DNA from: Chloroflexota bacterium
GTDB taxonomy: Bacteria > Chloroflexota > Dormibacteria > CF-121
Direction: 5' to 3'
Assembly (NCBI GenBank): GCA_005881235.1
Contig: VBEQ01000154.1
Span: 1 to 52,133 of the forward strand
Length of the DNA stretch: 52,133 bases
Shown: positions 36,269 to 42,800 of the stretch, piece by piece
Layout of the letters: every line of letters begins with the position of its first letter
Position numbering within the stretch: position 1 is the first letter of the stretch
The notes under the pieces: model-generated
Database searches by the model: none
Told to the model about the DNA's origin: nothing
Seen by the model: only the letters and a program-made list of their open reading frames with translations
Translations under genes and position numbers: made by a program

Positions 36269-36449
36269 TAGGGGTGCTGACCCCGGGGTGGCGACGACGA
36301 TTCGCGGCCCAGGCCGTCGAGGCCCGGGCCGGCCGGCCCACGCGAGCCGCGCGAAACGTGCGATGCGAGCGTTTGAGGCGTTCCGCCACGACGAGCACCG
36401 ACCGCATTGGGCCGATGAAACGTCAAGCCATCCTCCGGGGTCAGCACCC
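36262..36449 (-). promoter_or_regulatory. Structured rpe leader with mutually exclusive pairings around the start codon
   Basis: The mRNA-sense segments are A = GGGUGCUGACCCCGG (36449-36435), B = CCGGGGUCAGCACCC (36286-36272) and C = GUGCUGA (36268-62, including the GUG start). A:B is a perfect 15-bp helix. B:C is a perfect 7-bp hairpin with a 5-nt loop that buries the start codon. Function is inferred only. Confidence 0.3.
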
Positions 36450-36450
36450 T

Positions 36451-37290
36451 TCAGACAGTCGGGATGCTGATGGTCACCGGTGCGTCGAAGTCGTGATAGT
36501 TGACCTGGATGTGCGCCGTGGCGTGAATCGTCGATCCGGCCGGCGCCCCGCTGCTCGAGTTACTCGGCGCGCCGAGCGCACCCATCAACTGGCTGAGATC
36601 CACGGTGTAGTCGGCGTCCGTGGTGACACGACGAACCAGGTGGTCGTCCTTGCCAAACCACACCTCGACCGTCATGGTGCCGCTGTTCAAGACCTGCTCG
36701 ATGGCCGCCTTGGCCTGCGGGTTCTTGACCGCCGCCTTGTCGAAGCTGGCGATCAGCTTGTCCTTGTCGGGGATCAGCTGGTAGTGATGCACCGCGGTGC
36801 CCGCCAGGGTGGTATCGCCCAGGTCCTTGATCGACTTCACGTTCCGCAGGAGCTGCTCGTAGGAGAGCGGGTCTGGCTGACTGAGCTGCCCGCTCAGGCC
36901 GCCCTGTGCGGAGCTTTCCCACTTTCCCGTCATCGGGTTCTTCACGTACGCCTTGCCGTTGGCGACGACGACCTCAGTAGCCACCGAGAGGCCGGCCAGC
37001 TTGGCGTTGATGGTCGCGTGGTAGCGATCGGGAAACTGGGCCTCGCCGGTTCCGGTCATGTCGAGCGCGAGTGAGCCCGCGCTGGTGCCGCTCTGACCGA
37101 ACATCGCGCCCAGCTGCGGCGGGAACGTCATCTTGACGTTGCCGGTGAGGTCGAACTTCGCCGAGTGCAGTTGGCCGGCGCGCTGCGCCGCGGCGCCCAG
37201 CGCCTGTTCCGGGGTTTCCGCCTTCGCCAGCGGAGAGGCGCAGGCGGCCACGGCCACCATCGTCAGCAAGCTCGCAAGTACGCGCTTCAT
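36451..37290 (-). CDS. Secreted lipoprotein, LppX/LprAFG/LolA-like (DUF1396-like)
   Basis: From the internal ATG 37290: MKRVLASLLTMVAVAAC (lipobox). The rest follows the pattern HSAKFDLTGNVKM...TGTGEAQFPDRYHATINAKLAGL...VVVANGKAYVKNPMTGKW, typical of LppX_LprAFG-type half-barrel lipoproteins. The family call is tentative. Confidence 0.6.
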   Translation of the reverse strand: MKRVLASLLTMVAVAACASPLAKAETPEQALGAAAQRAGQLHSAKFDLTGNVKMTFPPQLGAMFGQSGTSAGSLALDMTGTGEAQFPDRYHATINAKLAGLSVATEVVVANGKAYVKNPMTGKWESSAQGGLSGQLSQPDPLSYEQLLRNVKSIKDLGDTTLAGTAVHHYQLIPDKDKLIASFDKAAVKNPQAKAAIEQVLNSGTMTVEVWFGKDDHLVRRVTTDADYTVDLSQLMGALGAPSNSSSGAPAGSTIHATAHIQVNYHDFDAPVTISIPTV

Positions 37291-37316
37291 CGGACTCTTT
37301 GAGTATATCGGCGGCG

Positions 37317-37823
37317 TCAGTCCGTTCCCTTCGGCGGATAGGTCGCATCCAGCCATCCGGGCAGCTCCCCCAGGCGATCGATGACGTGGGTCGGCGCAAT
37401 TCCCGGGATCGGGATTGCCCCCGCGTGGCGAAGCCACACCGCCGGGATGCCCGCCCGCAGCGCTCCAGCAACATCCGTATCCAAGCGGTCCCCGACCATC
37501 AAGGTCGCAGCCAGCGGGACACCGAGGCGGCGCGCGCCCTCGGCATAGATCGCGGGATCCGGCTTGGCCACGCCGAAGTCCCGCGACGTGACCAGCGCAT
37601 CGATCAAGGGGCGGATCCCCGCTTTTTCCAGAGCCTCCACGAGTTCGGCGTCACCCGAGCCGACGGTGTTGGAGATGACACCCAGCCGGTAGCGCGGCTT
37701 GAGTGCCGTCAATACCTCCAGCGCATCCGGGATCGGGGTGATCGCCATCTCCCACAGATGTTTGCCTGGCTCCTCGACGACGAGGGTGTTGCCGGCGTCG
37801 AAGAAGATGCCGCGAATGGGCAT
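37317..37823 (-). CDS. HAD-superfamily hydrolase (subfamily IA-like)
   Basis: From the internal ATG 37823: IFFDAGNTL (motif I variant), VISNT (II), AKPDP (III) and GDRLDTDV (IV). The start shares one nucleotide with the rlmN stop (TGATG). Confidence 0.82.
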   Translation of the reverse strand: MPIRGIFFDAGNTLVVEEPGKHLWEMAITPIPDALEVLTALKPRYRLGVISNTVGSGDAELVEALEKAGIRPLIDALVTSRDFGVAKPDPAIYAEGARRLGVPLAATLMVGDRLDTDVAGALRAGIPAVWLRHAGAIPIPGIAPTHVIDRLGELPGWLDATYPPKGTD

Positions 37824-38935
37824 CAGGTTGGTGAGGTCGCCGCCTGCAGCTGGCGAGCGCGCAACTGGCCGCAGGCGGCATCGATGTCGAGCCCCCGCGT
37901 GGCACGGATCGTGGTCGAGATGCCGGCGGTCTGCAGGATGGACTGGAATGCCTGGGCGCGTGACTTCGACGGTGGCGCCATCGAGCTGCCATCGATCGGG
38001 TTCATCGGGATCAGGTTGATGTGGCTCAGATGGCGACCCACGACCGTCGCCAGGCGTTGGGCCTGCTCGGGACTGTCGTTGATGCCCTGCAGCAGGACGT
38101 ATTCGTAGCTCGTGCGCCGGCCGGTTCGTTCGGCGTGAGCCCTCGCGGCGCCGACGATCGCGGCGATCGGGTACTTGCGGTTGACCGGGATCATGCTGCT
38201 GCGCAAGGCATCGTCGGGGGCGTGCAGGGAAATCGCCAGGTTGACCGGCAATCCCTCGGCACTGAGCCGCTCGATGAAGGGCACCAACCCGATGGTCGAC
38301 ACGGTGACCCGGCGCGGGCTGAAGTTGAGGGTGTCCGGGCGCGCCCAGCGCCGGATCGCCCCCACGACGGCGGCGTAATTGTTGAGCGGCTCCCCCATTC
38401 CCATGAAGACGACGTTCGTCAGCGAGCGCTGCGTCTCCCCCAGGTCGCGGCTGGCCGCCAGGAACTGATCGACGATCTCCGCTTCGCTCAGGTTTCGATC
38501 GAAGCCGGATTGACCGGTGGCGCAGAAACTGCATCCGATCGGGCATCCCACCTGCGAGCTGACGCAGATCGTGGTCCGCGCCCGCGAACGGGGGGTTGCC
38601 TCGTAGTGCATGACCACCGTCTCGATGGTTTTCGCGTCGGCCAGCTTGAACAGGTACTTGACGGTCTGCCCGCGATCCGCCGCGCGCTTCAACTGGGGCG
38701 CGACGCTGCTGAACACGAAAGCCTCGGCCAGACGGCGTCGCGCCGATGGCGGCAGCGTTCGCATGGCCTCGAATGACCCAACCAGCCGTTGCCAGAACCA
38801 TTGCCGCGCCTGCTCGGCGCGGTAGGGGGCCTCGCCCGTTGCCGTTAAGCGGGTCAGAACCTCCGCGGGATCGGCGGTGGCGAAGGCCGCGGGCTCAGTC
38901 GCTACGGCGGTTTCCGAACACGAGCGAGGCGTAAT
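37823..38935 (-). CDS. rlmN: 23S rRNA/tRNA (adenine-C2)-methyltransferase RlmN (radical SAM)
   Basis: Radical-SAM cluster VSSQVGCPIGCSFCATGQ, followed by the C-terminal GIDIDAACGQL. The conserved N-terminal helix GEAPYRAEQARQWFW lies upstream of the first canonical start (ATG 38764). The 5' end shown is the in-frame ATT 38935; CTG 38857 is an alternative (see findings). Confidence 0.85.
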   Translation of the reverse strand: MTPRSCSETAVATEPAAFATADPAEVLTRLTATGEAPYRAEQARQWFWQRLVGSFEAMRTLPPSARRRLAEAFVFSSVAPQLKRAADRGQTVKYLFKLADAKTIETVVMHYEATPRSRARTTICVSSQVGCPIGCSFCATGQSGFDRNLSEAEIVDQFLAASRDLGETQRSLTNVVFMGMGEPLNNYAAVVGAIRRWARPDTLNFSPRRVTVSTIGLVPFIERLSAEGLPVNLAISLHAPDDALRSSMIPVNRKYPIAAIVGAARAHAERTGRRTSYEYVLLQGINDSPEQAQRLATVVGRHLSHINLIPMNPIDGSSMAPPSKSRAQAFQSILQTAGISTTIRATRGLDIDAACGQLRARQLQAATSPT

Positions 38936-39587
38936 ACAGCAGGGTCAGGTAGGTGAAGGCGGCGGCGCGCAACATCCGTCGCGCGCCCTCCTGTTCCTCG
39001 GGAACGATCACGCCATTTTCGGCGAGCAAGCGCAATGCCCGGCGGCTCGCGTCGAGCTCGACCGGGGTCGTCACCAACTGGAAGAGGACGACCGCCGCGA
39101 AGAGGAACAATCCGGCGAGGGCAACGTAGAAGCCGAAGCCGCTGCCCGTAAAGATGGACAGCAAGAGACCGGCGATCACAATCAGGGGGCCAGCCTGCGA
39201 CCCCAGGTTGGCGGCCGGTATCAGGCCGGACCGAATCCGCATCGCGAAGAAGCCCTGGTGATCCTGAAGGGCATGGCCGATTTCGTGGGCGACCACTGCC
39301 TCCGCCGCGACGGAGGTGCCGCCCGCGACACCCCGCGAGAGATTCAGGGTCTTGTTGCGGGGGTCGTAGTTATCGCTCAACTCGCCGTCGACCACCTGGA
39401 CCGTGACATCGCTCAGGCCAGCTCCGGCGAGGATCCGCCGCGCCACGTCGACGCCGGGGAGCCCGCTGGCGTTGCGAACCTGGGAATAGCGCTGGTAGGT
39501 TTGCTTGACCCAGCTGCTGGCAATGAAGCCCAGCACCATGATGGGGAGAGCGACGTAGAGGAAGTAGGGCCAGTTCCACAAGAGCAT
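38895..39587 (-). CDS. Membrane zinc metallopeptidase, YugP-like (Zn_peptidase_2)
   Basis: N-terminal TM helix, then YDPRNKTLNLS...VAAEAVVAHEIGHALQ (HExxH), with two C-terminal TM helices. Confidence 0.82.
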   Translation of the reverse strand: MLLWNWPYFLYVALPIMVLGFIASSWVKQTYQRYSQVRNASGLPGVDVARRILAGAGLSDVTVQVVDGELSDNYDPRNKTLNLSRGVAGGTSVAAEAVVAHEIGHALQDHQGFFAMRIRSGLIPAANLGSQAGPLIVIAGLLLSIFTGSGFGFYVALAGLFLFAAVVLFQLVTTPVELDASRRALRLLAENGVIVPEEQEGARRMLRAAAFTYLTLLYYASLVFGNRRSD

Positions 39588-39733
39588 GCGCCAGAAATTC
39601 TACCCAGCGGCATCGAGTTCGACCCGTCTCGTTGTCGCCGGACCGCAGCCGACCTGTGGCGATTTTTTCACGCAGCGTGAAAGGGATCCCGAACGGCGGC
39701 TCGTTTCACCCTCGTCGGGGCTTCCCCGGAACC

Positions 39734-39883
39734 ATGCTGGAAGAGCCACAACGACTCACCATGTCGGACGTGTTCAGCCTCTTCGGCCGCCACGCGGAGG
39801 ACACGCGCTGGGTTGCTTCCGCGGATTCGCAAGAATACCTGGCCGTCGTCCTTTACCTGGTACAGCGGAACAACGCCCGCTGA
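39734..39883 (+). CDS. Small ORF, copy 1 of a tandem paralogue pair (49 aa)
   Basis: MLEEPQRLTMSDVFSLFGRHAEDTRWVASADSQEYLAVVLYLVQRNNAR. It is about 69% identical to copy 2 over 42 aligned residues. At least 10 of the differences are synonymous third-position changes, which indicates selection on this frame. No clear Shine-Dalgarno sequence. Confidence 0.5.
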   Translation: MLEEPQRLTMSDVFSLFGRHAEDTRWVASADSQEYLAVVLYLVQRNNAR

Positions 39884-39949
39884 GGCTGGCCGCGCACCCG
39901 CCTCTTATGATAGTATCTCTGTTAAGTTAAGTACGGGTTAGGTATCAAG

Positions 39950-40090
39950 ATGTCCGAGAAGCTGACGCTGAGCGAACTCTTCGCCCTCTTCGGGCGGACC
40001 ACCGACGAAACCCGCTGGGTCGGGTCCGCCGATTCTGAGGAATACCTGGCGGTCGTCACCTACCTCGTCCAGCGCTCGAGCGCCCGCTAG
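39950..40090 (+). CDS. Small ORF, copy 2 of a tandem paralogue pair (46 aa)
   Basis: Own translation (below the ORF-track cutoff): MSEKLTLSELFALFGRTTDETRWVGSADSEEYLAVVTYLVQRSSAR. It is preceded by a roughly 45-nt AT-rich (about 33% GC) spacer containing TGATAGTAT. Confidence 0.5.
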   Translation: MSEKLTLSELFALFGRTTDETRWVGSADSEEYLAVVTYLVQRSSAR

Positions 40091-40230
40091 CGCGATCTCG
40101 AGCCCGGGCGGCGCGAGCAACGCGCCCGACGCGGCCCATAACGAAGTAGACACGATCGAGCCACGACCCGTCTGAAAGCGCGGGGTCGGTGCGTTATGGA
40201 CTCATACTCGAGCTACGGCCACCAATCGCC

Positions 40231-40437
40231 ATGAACATCACACCATTCATCACTCGCCTCGCGACGTGGATCCGGATCCGACTGGGCTGGAAGGACCGTG
40301 AAAACGGCCAGGCCCTGATCGAATACTCCTTGATCATGGTCCTCGTGGTGTGCGTCATCCTGGTGACCTTGATCGTGCTGGGCAACCAGGTCAGAAACAC
40401 CTACTGCAACATCGCCGGCGCCGTCGTCAACCCTTAG
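40231..40437 (+). CDS. flp: Flp/Fap-family type IVb prepilin
   Basis: From the internal ATG 40231: a 26-aa leader, then the processing motif G/QALIEYSLIMVLVVCVILVTLIVLG (the Flp G-x-x-x-x-EY signature plus hydrophobic helix). Total 68 aa. Confidence 0.7.
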   Translation: MNITPFITRLATWIRIRLGWKDRENGQALIEYSLIMVLVVCVILVTLIVLGNQVRNTYCNIAGAVVNP

Positions 40438-40945
40438 GGCTGCGTACGGCCACCGCCGGGTTTCCCATCACGACGGCGCCTGCCGCGACGTCGTGAGCGA
40501 CCAAGGCGCCCCAGCGAACCACTGCCCCCTCCCCCACCGACACGCCCTTGAGAATGGTGGACTTGCCCTGGATCCAGGTGTTGCGACCGATGCGGATCGG
40601 GCGCCGCGTCACCGGTTCGCCGTCCCGGCGGCGCTCCCGCCCAACGGCGTGAAAGTCCGTATCCACCAGCAGGCACGGACCGAGGATGGCGTCGTCGCCC
40701 ACGACGATGGCGCTGGCCGACATCAATCCGGCGCCGTCGATCTCCACCCGGTCGCCAATATCGATGCGCGCCTCCCGACCAAAGGTGAGCAGAGCGGTAC
40801 GCCCGGAGGCGTTGTGCACCTGGACGTCACGACCGAAGGTAACCCGGCCGCGGCCTCGGATGCGCAGCCGCCACGGGCCGGCAAAGCCGGGTCCGAAGGT
40901 GTGGCGCGGATACCGTAGGCGCAGGTACAGGGTGCTGAGGCTCAC
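40427..40945 (-). CDS. Left-handed beta-helix (hexapeptide repeat) acetyltransferase
   Basis: IRIGRNTWIQGKSTILKGVSVGEGAVVRWGALVAHDVAAGAVVMGNPAV. GTG start. It is distantly similar to the 6974-7597 gene. Confidence 0.75.
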   Translation of the reverse strand: MSLSTLYLRLRYPRHTFGPGFAGPWRLRIRGRGRVTFGRDVQVHNASGRTALLTFGREARIDIGDRVEIDGAGLMSASAIVVGDDAILGPCLLVDTDFHAVGRERRRDGEPVTRRPIRIGRNTWIQGKSTILKGVSVGEGAVVRWGALVAHDVAAGAVVMGNPAVAVRSPKG

Positions 40946-40959
40946 GCTGGTTGAGGCTC

Positions 40960-41043
40960 TGCCCGGGAAGGGAGTTGAACCCTTACAAGCTTGCGCTCAC
41001 AGCCCCCTCAAAGCTGCGTGTCTACCAATTCCACCACCCGGGC
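40960..41043 (-). tRNA. tRNA-Leu (anticodon GAG), long variable arm, no encoded CCA
   Basis: The reverse complement is GCCCGGGTGGTGGAATTGGTAGACACGCAGCTTTGAGGGGGCTGTGAGCGCAAGCTTGTAAGGGTTCAACTCCCTTCCCGGGCA. It has a 7-bp acceptor stem (GCCCGGG/CCCGGGC) with discriminator A. The anticodon stem is CAGCT/GGCTG with loop TTGAGGG. The T-arm is AAGGG-TTCAACT-CCCTT, and the variable arm is class II. Confidence 0.9.
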
Positions 41044-41055
41044 GAGGGCGATGCG

Positions 41056-41082
41056 ATTTTAACAGCCACGAGCCTGTAACAA
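41056..41082 (-). promoter_or_regulatory. Candidate promoter of tRNA-Leu
   Basis: On the minus strand: TTGTTA (41082-41077), a 15-nt spacer, then TAAAAT (41061-41056), ending 12 nt before the mature tRNA 5' end. Motif match only, and the spacer is short. Confidence 0.35.
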
Positions 41083-41191
41083 GCGCTGTAATCCTGCCTC
41101 TTTATGGTGGGACCAAGTCCCAGCCACGCCGCGGGTGATGTGACCCTGACGCGACAAGAGTCATCACATCGTAAAGAGGAATCGTAAGGAA

Positions 41192-42058
41192 ATGAATGAC
41201 GAGGGCCATATATCTTTGCCGGCTCTCCAGTCGGACCTGAGCCAGCAGCCGCAGGTCCAAATCCATGGCGGCCGGTCCGCAGCGCGACGCGCGATGGCGG
41301 CCGGAAGAGAGGGGTTAAATATCGTCAACCGCTACCGGATTCTGATCGTCGACGATGATGCCATGGCGCGCGAGATCCTCAAGCGGATTCTCGAGCACGC
41401 GGGCTACGAGGTCATGACCGCCGGCAGTGGCCCCGAAGCTTTGCGCAAACTCCATGAAGGCATCCCCCATCTGGTCGTCGTTGACTTGATGATGCCGGAA
41501 ATGGATGGCTTCGAACTCTGCCGCCGCATCAAGAGCCACCTCGACGTTCCCATCGTCATCCTCAGCGCCGTCGCCGCCATCGAGAGCAAGGTCGAAGGCC
41601 TGCAGATGTACGCCGAGGACTACATCGTCAAGCCGTTCGAAAAGGAAGAGCTGGTCGCGCGGGTGCAGCGTGTGTTGCGCCGTTACGGTGAATCCGCCGG
41701 CGTCGAGCAGCCCGAGGTCGTCATCGACCAGGAGCTCCAGATTAACTTCGTACAGCACTGGGCACGCGTGAAGGGCCAGCAGGTGACCCTCACCCCGACC
41801 GAGTCCAAGCTCCTCTTTCTCCTCGTCCGGAATGCCGGCCGGGTCGTCACCAACGAAACCCTGCTCGCCAAGGCCTGGGCCGGCGACGAGGAAGCCTACG
41901 AGGAAGGGCTGCGCGTTCATATCTCGCGGCTGCGCAGCAAGATCGAGTCGAATCCCAGCAAGCCAACCTACATCCAGACCAAGCGTGGTGTCGGCTACCG
42001 CTTCAGCGCCAAGGTCAACTATCCCGCCGGACAAGAACCGATGGCGCTGGCGGGATGA
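41192..42058 (+). CDS. OmpR/PhoB-family response regulator (REC plus winged-helix)
   Basis: RILIVDDD...VVVDLMMPEMDG...ILSA...YIVKPF, followed by the Trans_reg_C motifs LTPTESKLLFLL...RVHISRLRSKIE...IQTKRGVGYRF. The start may be ATG 41294 instead of 41192. Confidence 0.9.
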   Translation: MNDEGHISLPALQSDLSQQPQVQIHGGRSAARRAMAAGREGLNIVNRYRILIVDDDAMAREILKRILEHAGYEVMTAGSGPEALRKLHEGIPHLVVVDLMMPEMDGFELCRRIKSHLDVPIVILSAVAAIESKVEGLQMYAEDYIVKPFEKEELVARVQRVLRRYGESAGVEQPEVVIDQELQINFVQHWARVKGQQVTLTPTESKLLFLLVRNAGRVVTNETLLAKAWAGDEEAYEEGLRVHISRLRSKIESNPSKPTYIQTKRGVGYRFSAKVNYPAGQEPMALAG

Positions 42059-42158
42059 GCATGCGCACCCTCGCCCTCGGCGTGCTGGTCTTCGTCCTCT
42101 CCTTCCCGCTCTGGCTCCGCTGAGCGACGACGCGGTCCGCGCTTAGACTTCCTCCCCA

Positions 42159-42752
42159 GTGACGCACGCACTGGGTCTCGGGTTCACCGTCTTCACGGTC
42201 ATCTTCCTGCTCGAGCTGCCCGACAAGACGGCGCTGGCCGCCCTGCTGCTGGCGACGCGCCATCGCGCCCTGCCCGTCTTTCTCGGTGCGGCGGCCGCGT
42301 TCGTCATTCAGAGCCTGGTCGCGGTGGTGGCCGGCTCACTCTTGAGCCTGCTTCCCCGCGAACCGATTCGGATTGGGGCAGGGATTCTCTTCCTCGGCAT
42401 GGCGGCGCTCCTGGTTCGCCGCAACCTCCGCAAGGACGAGGCCGACGAGGCGCGGGCGGTCAAGCAGGAGGAGGGTCGACACCGCCAACCGTTCATCACC
42501 GCGTTCACCGTGGTCTTCGTCGCCGAGTGGGGCGACCTCACGCAACTCGCGACGGCGGCGCTCCAGGCCCGCTATCAGCAGCCGGTGGTCGTCTTTGTCG
42601 CCGCTACCCTTGCCCTCTGGGCCGTCTCTGCGATTGCGGTCGCGCTCGGCAATCGTCTCGGTGCCTGGATTCCGGAGCGGCCATTGCAGTTCGCCGCAGC
42701 CGGCGTGATGGTGCTCGTCGCCATCGCGCTCATCACCGGCTTGCTGGGCTAG
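42159..42752 (+). CDS. UPF0016 (GDT1/TMEM165/MneA-type) cation transporter
   Basis: Two copies of the family motif are present: LLELPDKTALAAL and VAEWGDLTQLATA. About 6 TM helices. GTG start. Confidence 0.85.
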   Translation: MTHALGLGFTVFTVIFLLELPDKTALAALLLATRHRALPVFLGAAAAFVIQSLVAVVAGSLLSLLPREPIRIGAGILFLGMAALLVRRNLRKDEADEARAVKQEEGRHRQPFITAFTVVFVAEWGDLTQLATAALQARYQQPVVVFVAATLALWAVSAIAVALGNRLGAWIPERPLQFAAAGVMVLVAIALITGLLG

Positions 42753-42763
42753 GCTTCGACTTT

Positions 42764-42787
42764 CCCTCCCCCGTTTACGGGGGAGGG
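42764..42787. terminator. Strong GC hairpin between convergent genes (10-bp stem, 4-nt loop)
   Basis: CCCTCCCCCG-TTTA-CGGGGGAGGG lies midway between the UPF0016 stop (42752) and the histidine kinase stop (42801). It is probably a bidirectional terminator, although neither side has a U-tract. Confidence 0.55.
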
Positions 42788-42800
42788 CACGGTGGGGGCA

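Noticed and set aside
36219-36407. 62-aa minus-strand ORF inside the rpe leader, and a 2-codon mini-ORF (AUGGCUUGA, about 36430-36422) next to a GGAGG.
   Set aside because: The 62-aa frame is Arg/Ala-rich and reads into rpe out of frame. The mini-ORF has no spacing between the Shine-Dalgarno-like GGAGG and the AUG. Neither is needed to explain the leader structure.
37824-38801. Upstream part of the 494-aa ORF ending at 37317.
   Set aside because: It overlaps rlmN in another frame, and rlmN has the radical-SAM CxxxCxxC motif. Only the C-terminal 168 codons (the HAD hydrolase, from ATG 37823) are credible.
39588-39666. Weak hairpin (TCGCC...GGCGA) followed by a T6 run on the plus strand, resembling an intrinsic terminator.
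   Set aside because: No plus-strand gene lies upstream for it to terminate. The stem is only 5-6 bp with an 18-nt loop. The T-run is more simply part of the AT-richer divergent promoter region.
39632-39733. N-terminal extension of small ORF copy 1 (TTG 39632, giving the 83-aa track ORF).
   Set aside because: The extension (MSPDRSRPVAIFSRSVKGIPNGGSFHPRRGFPGT) has no counterpart in copy 2 and reads through the palindrome. Homology between the two copies starts only near ATG 39734.
41074-41091. Direct repeat CTGTAA-N6-CTGTAA upstream of the OmpR-type regulator, considered as a response-regulator binding site.
   Set aside because: The same sequence forms the TTGTTA -35-like element of the candidate minus-strand tRNA-Leu promoter. 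The 12-nt spacing and only two copies are weak evidence for an OmpR box.
42059-42158. Looked for a yybP-ykoY (Mn2+) riboswitch upstream of the UPF0016 transporter.
   Set aside because: I found none of the conserved GGGGAGUAG-type core sequences or the four-way-junction pattern by eye. An Infernal scan would be decisive.
38895-42752. Possible genomic island anchored at tRNA-Leu (accessory-looking genes on both sides).
   Set aside because: There is no integrase, recombinase, transposase or phage gene, and I noticed no direct repeat of the tRNA 3' end. Apart from the short AT-rich spacer at 39905-39949, the composition looks like the rest of the window.
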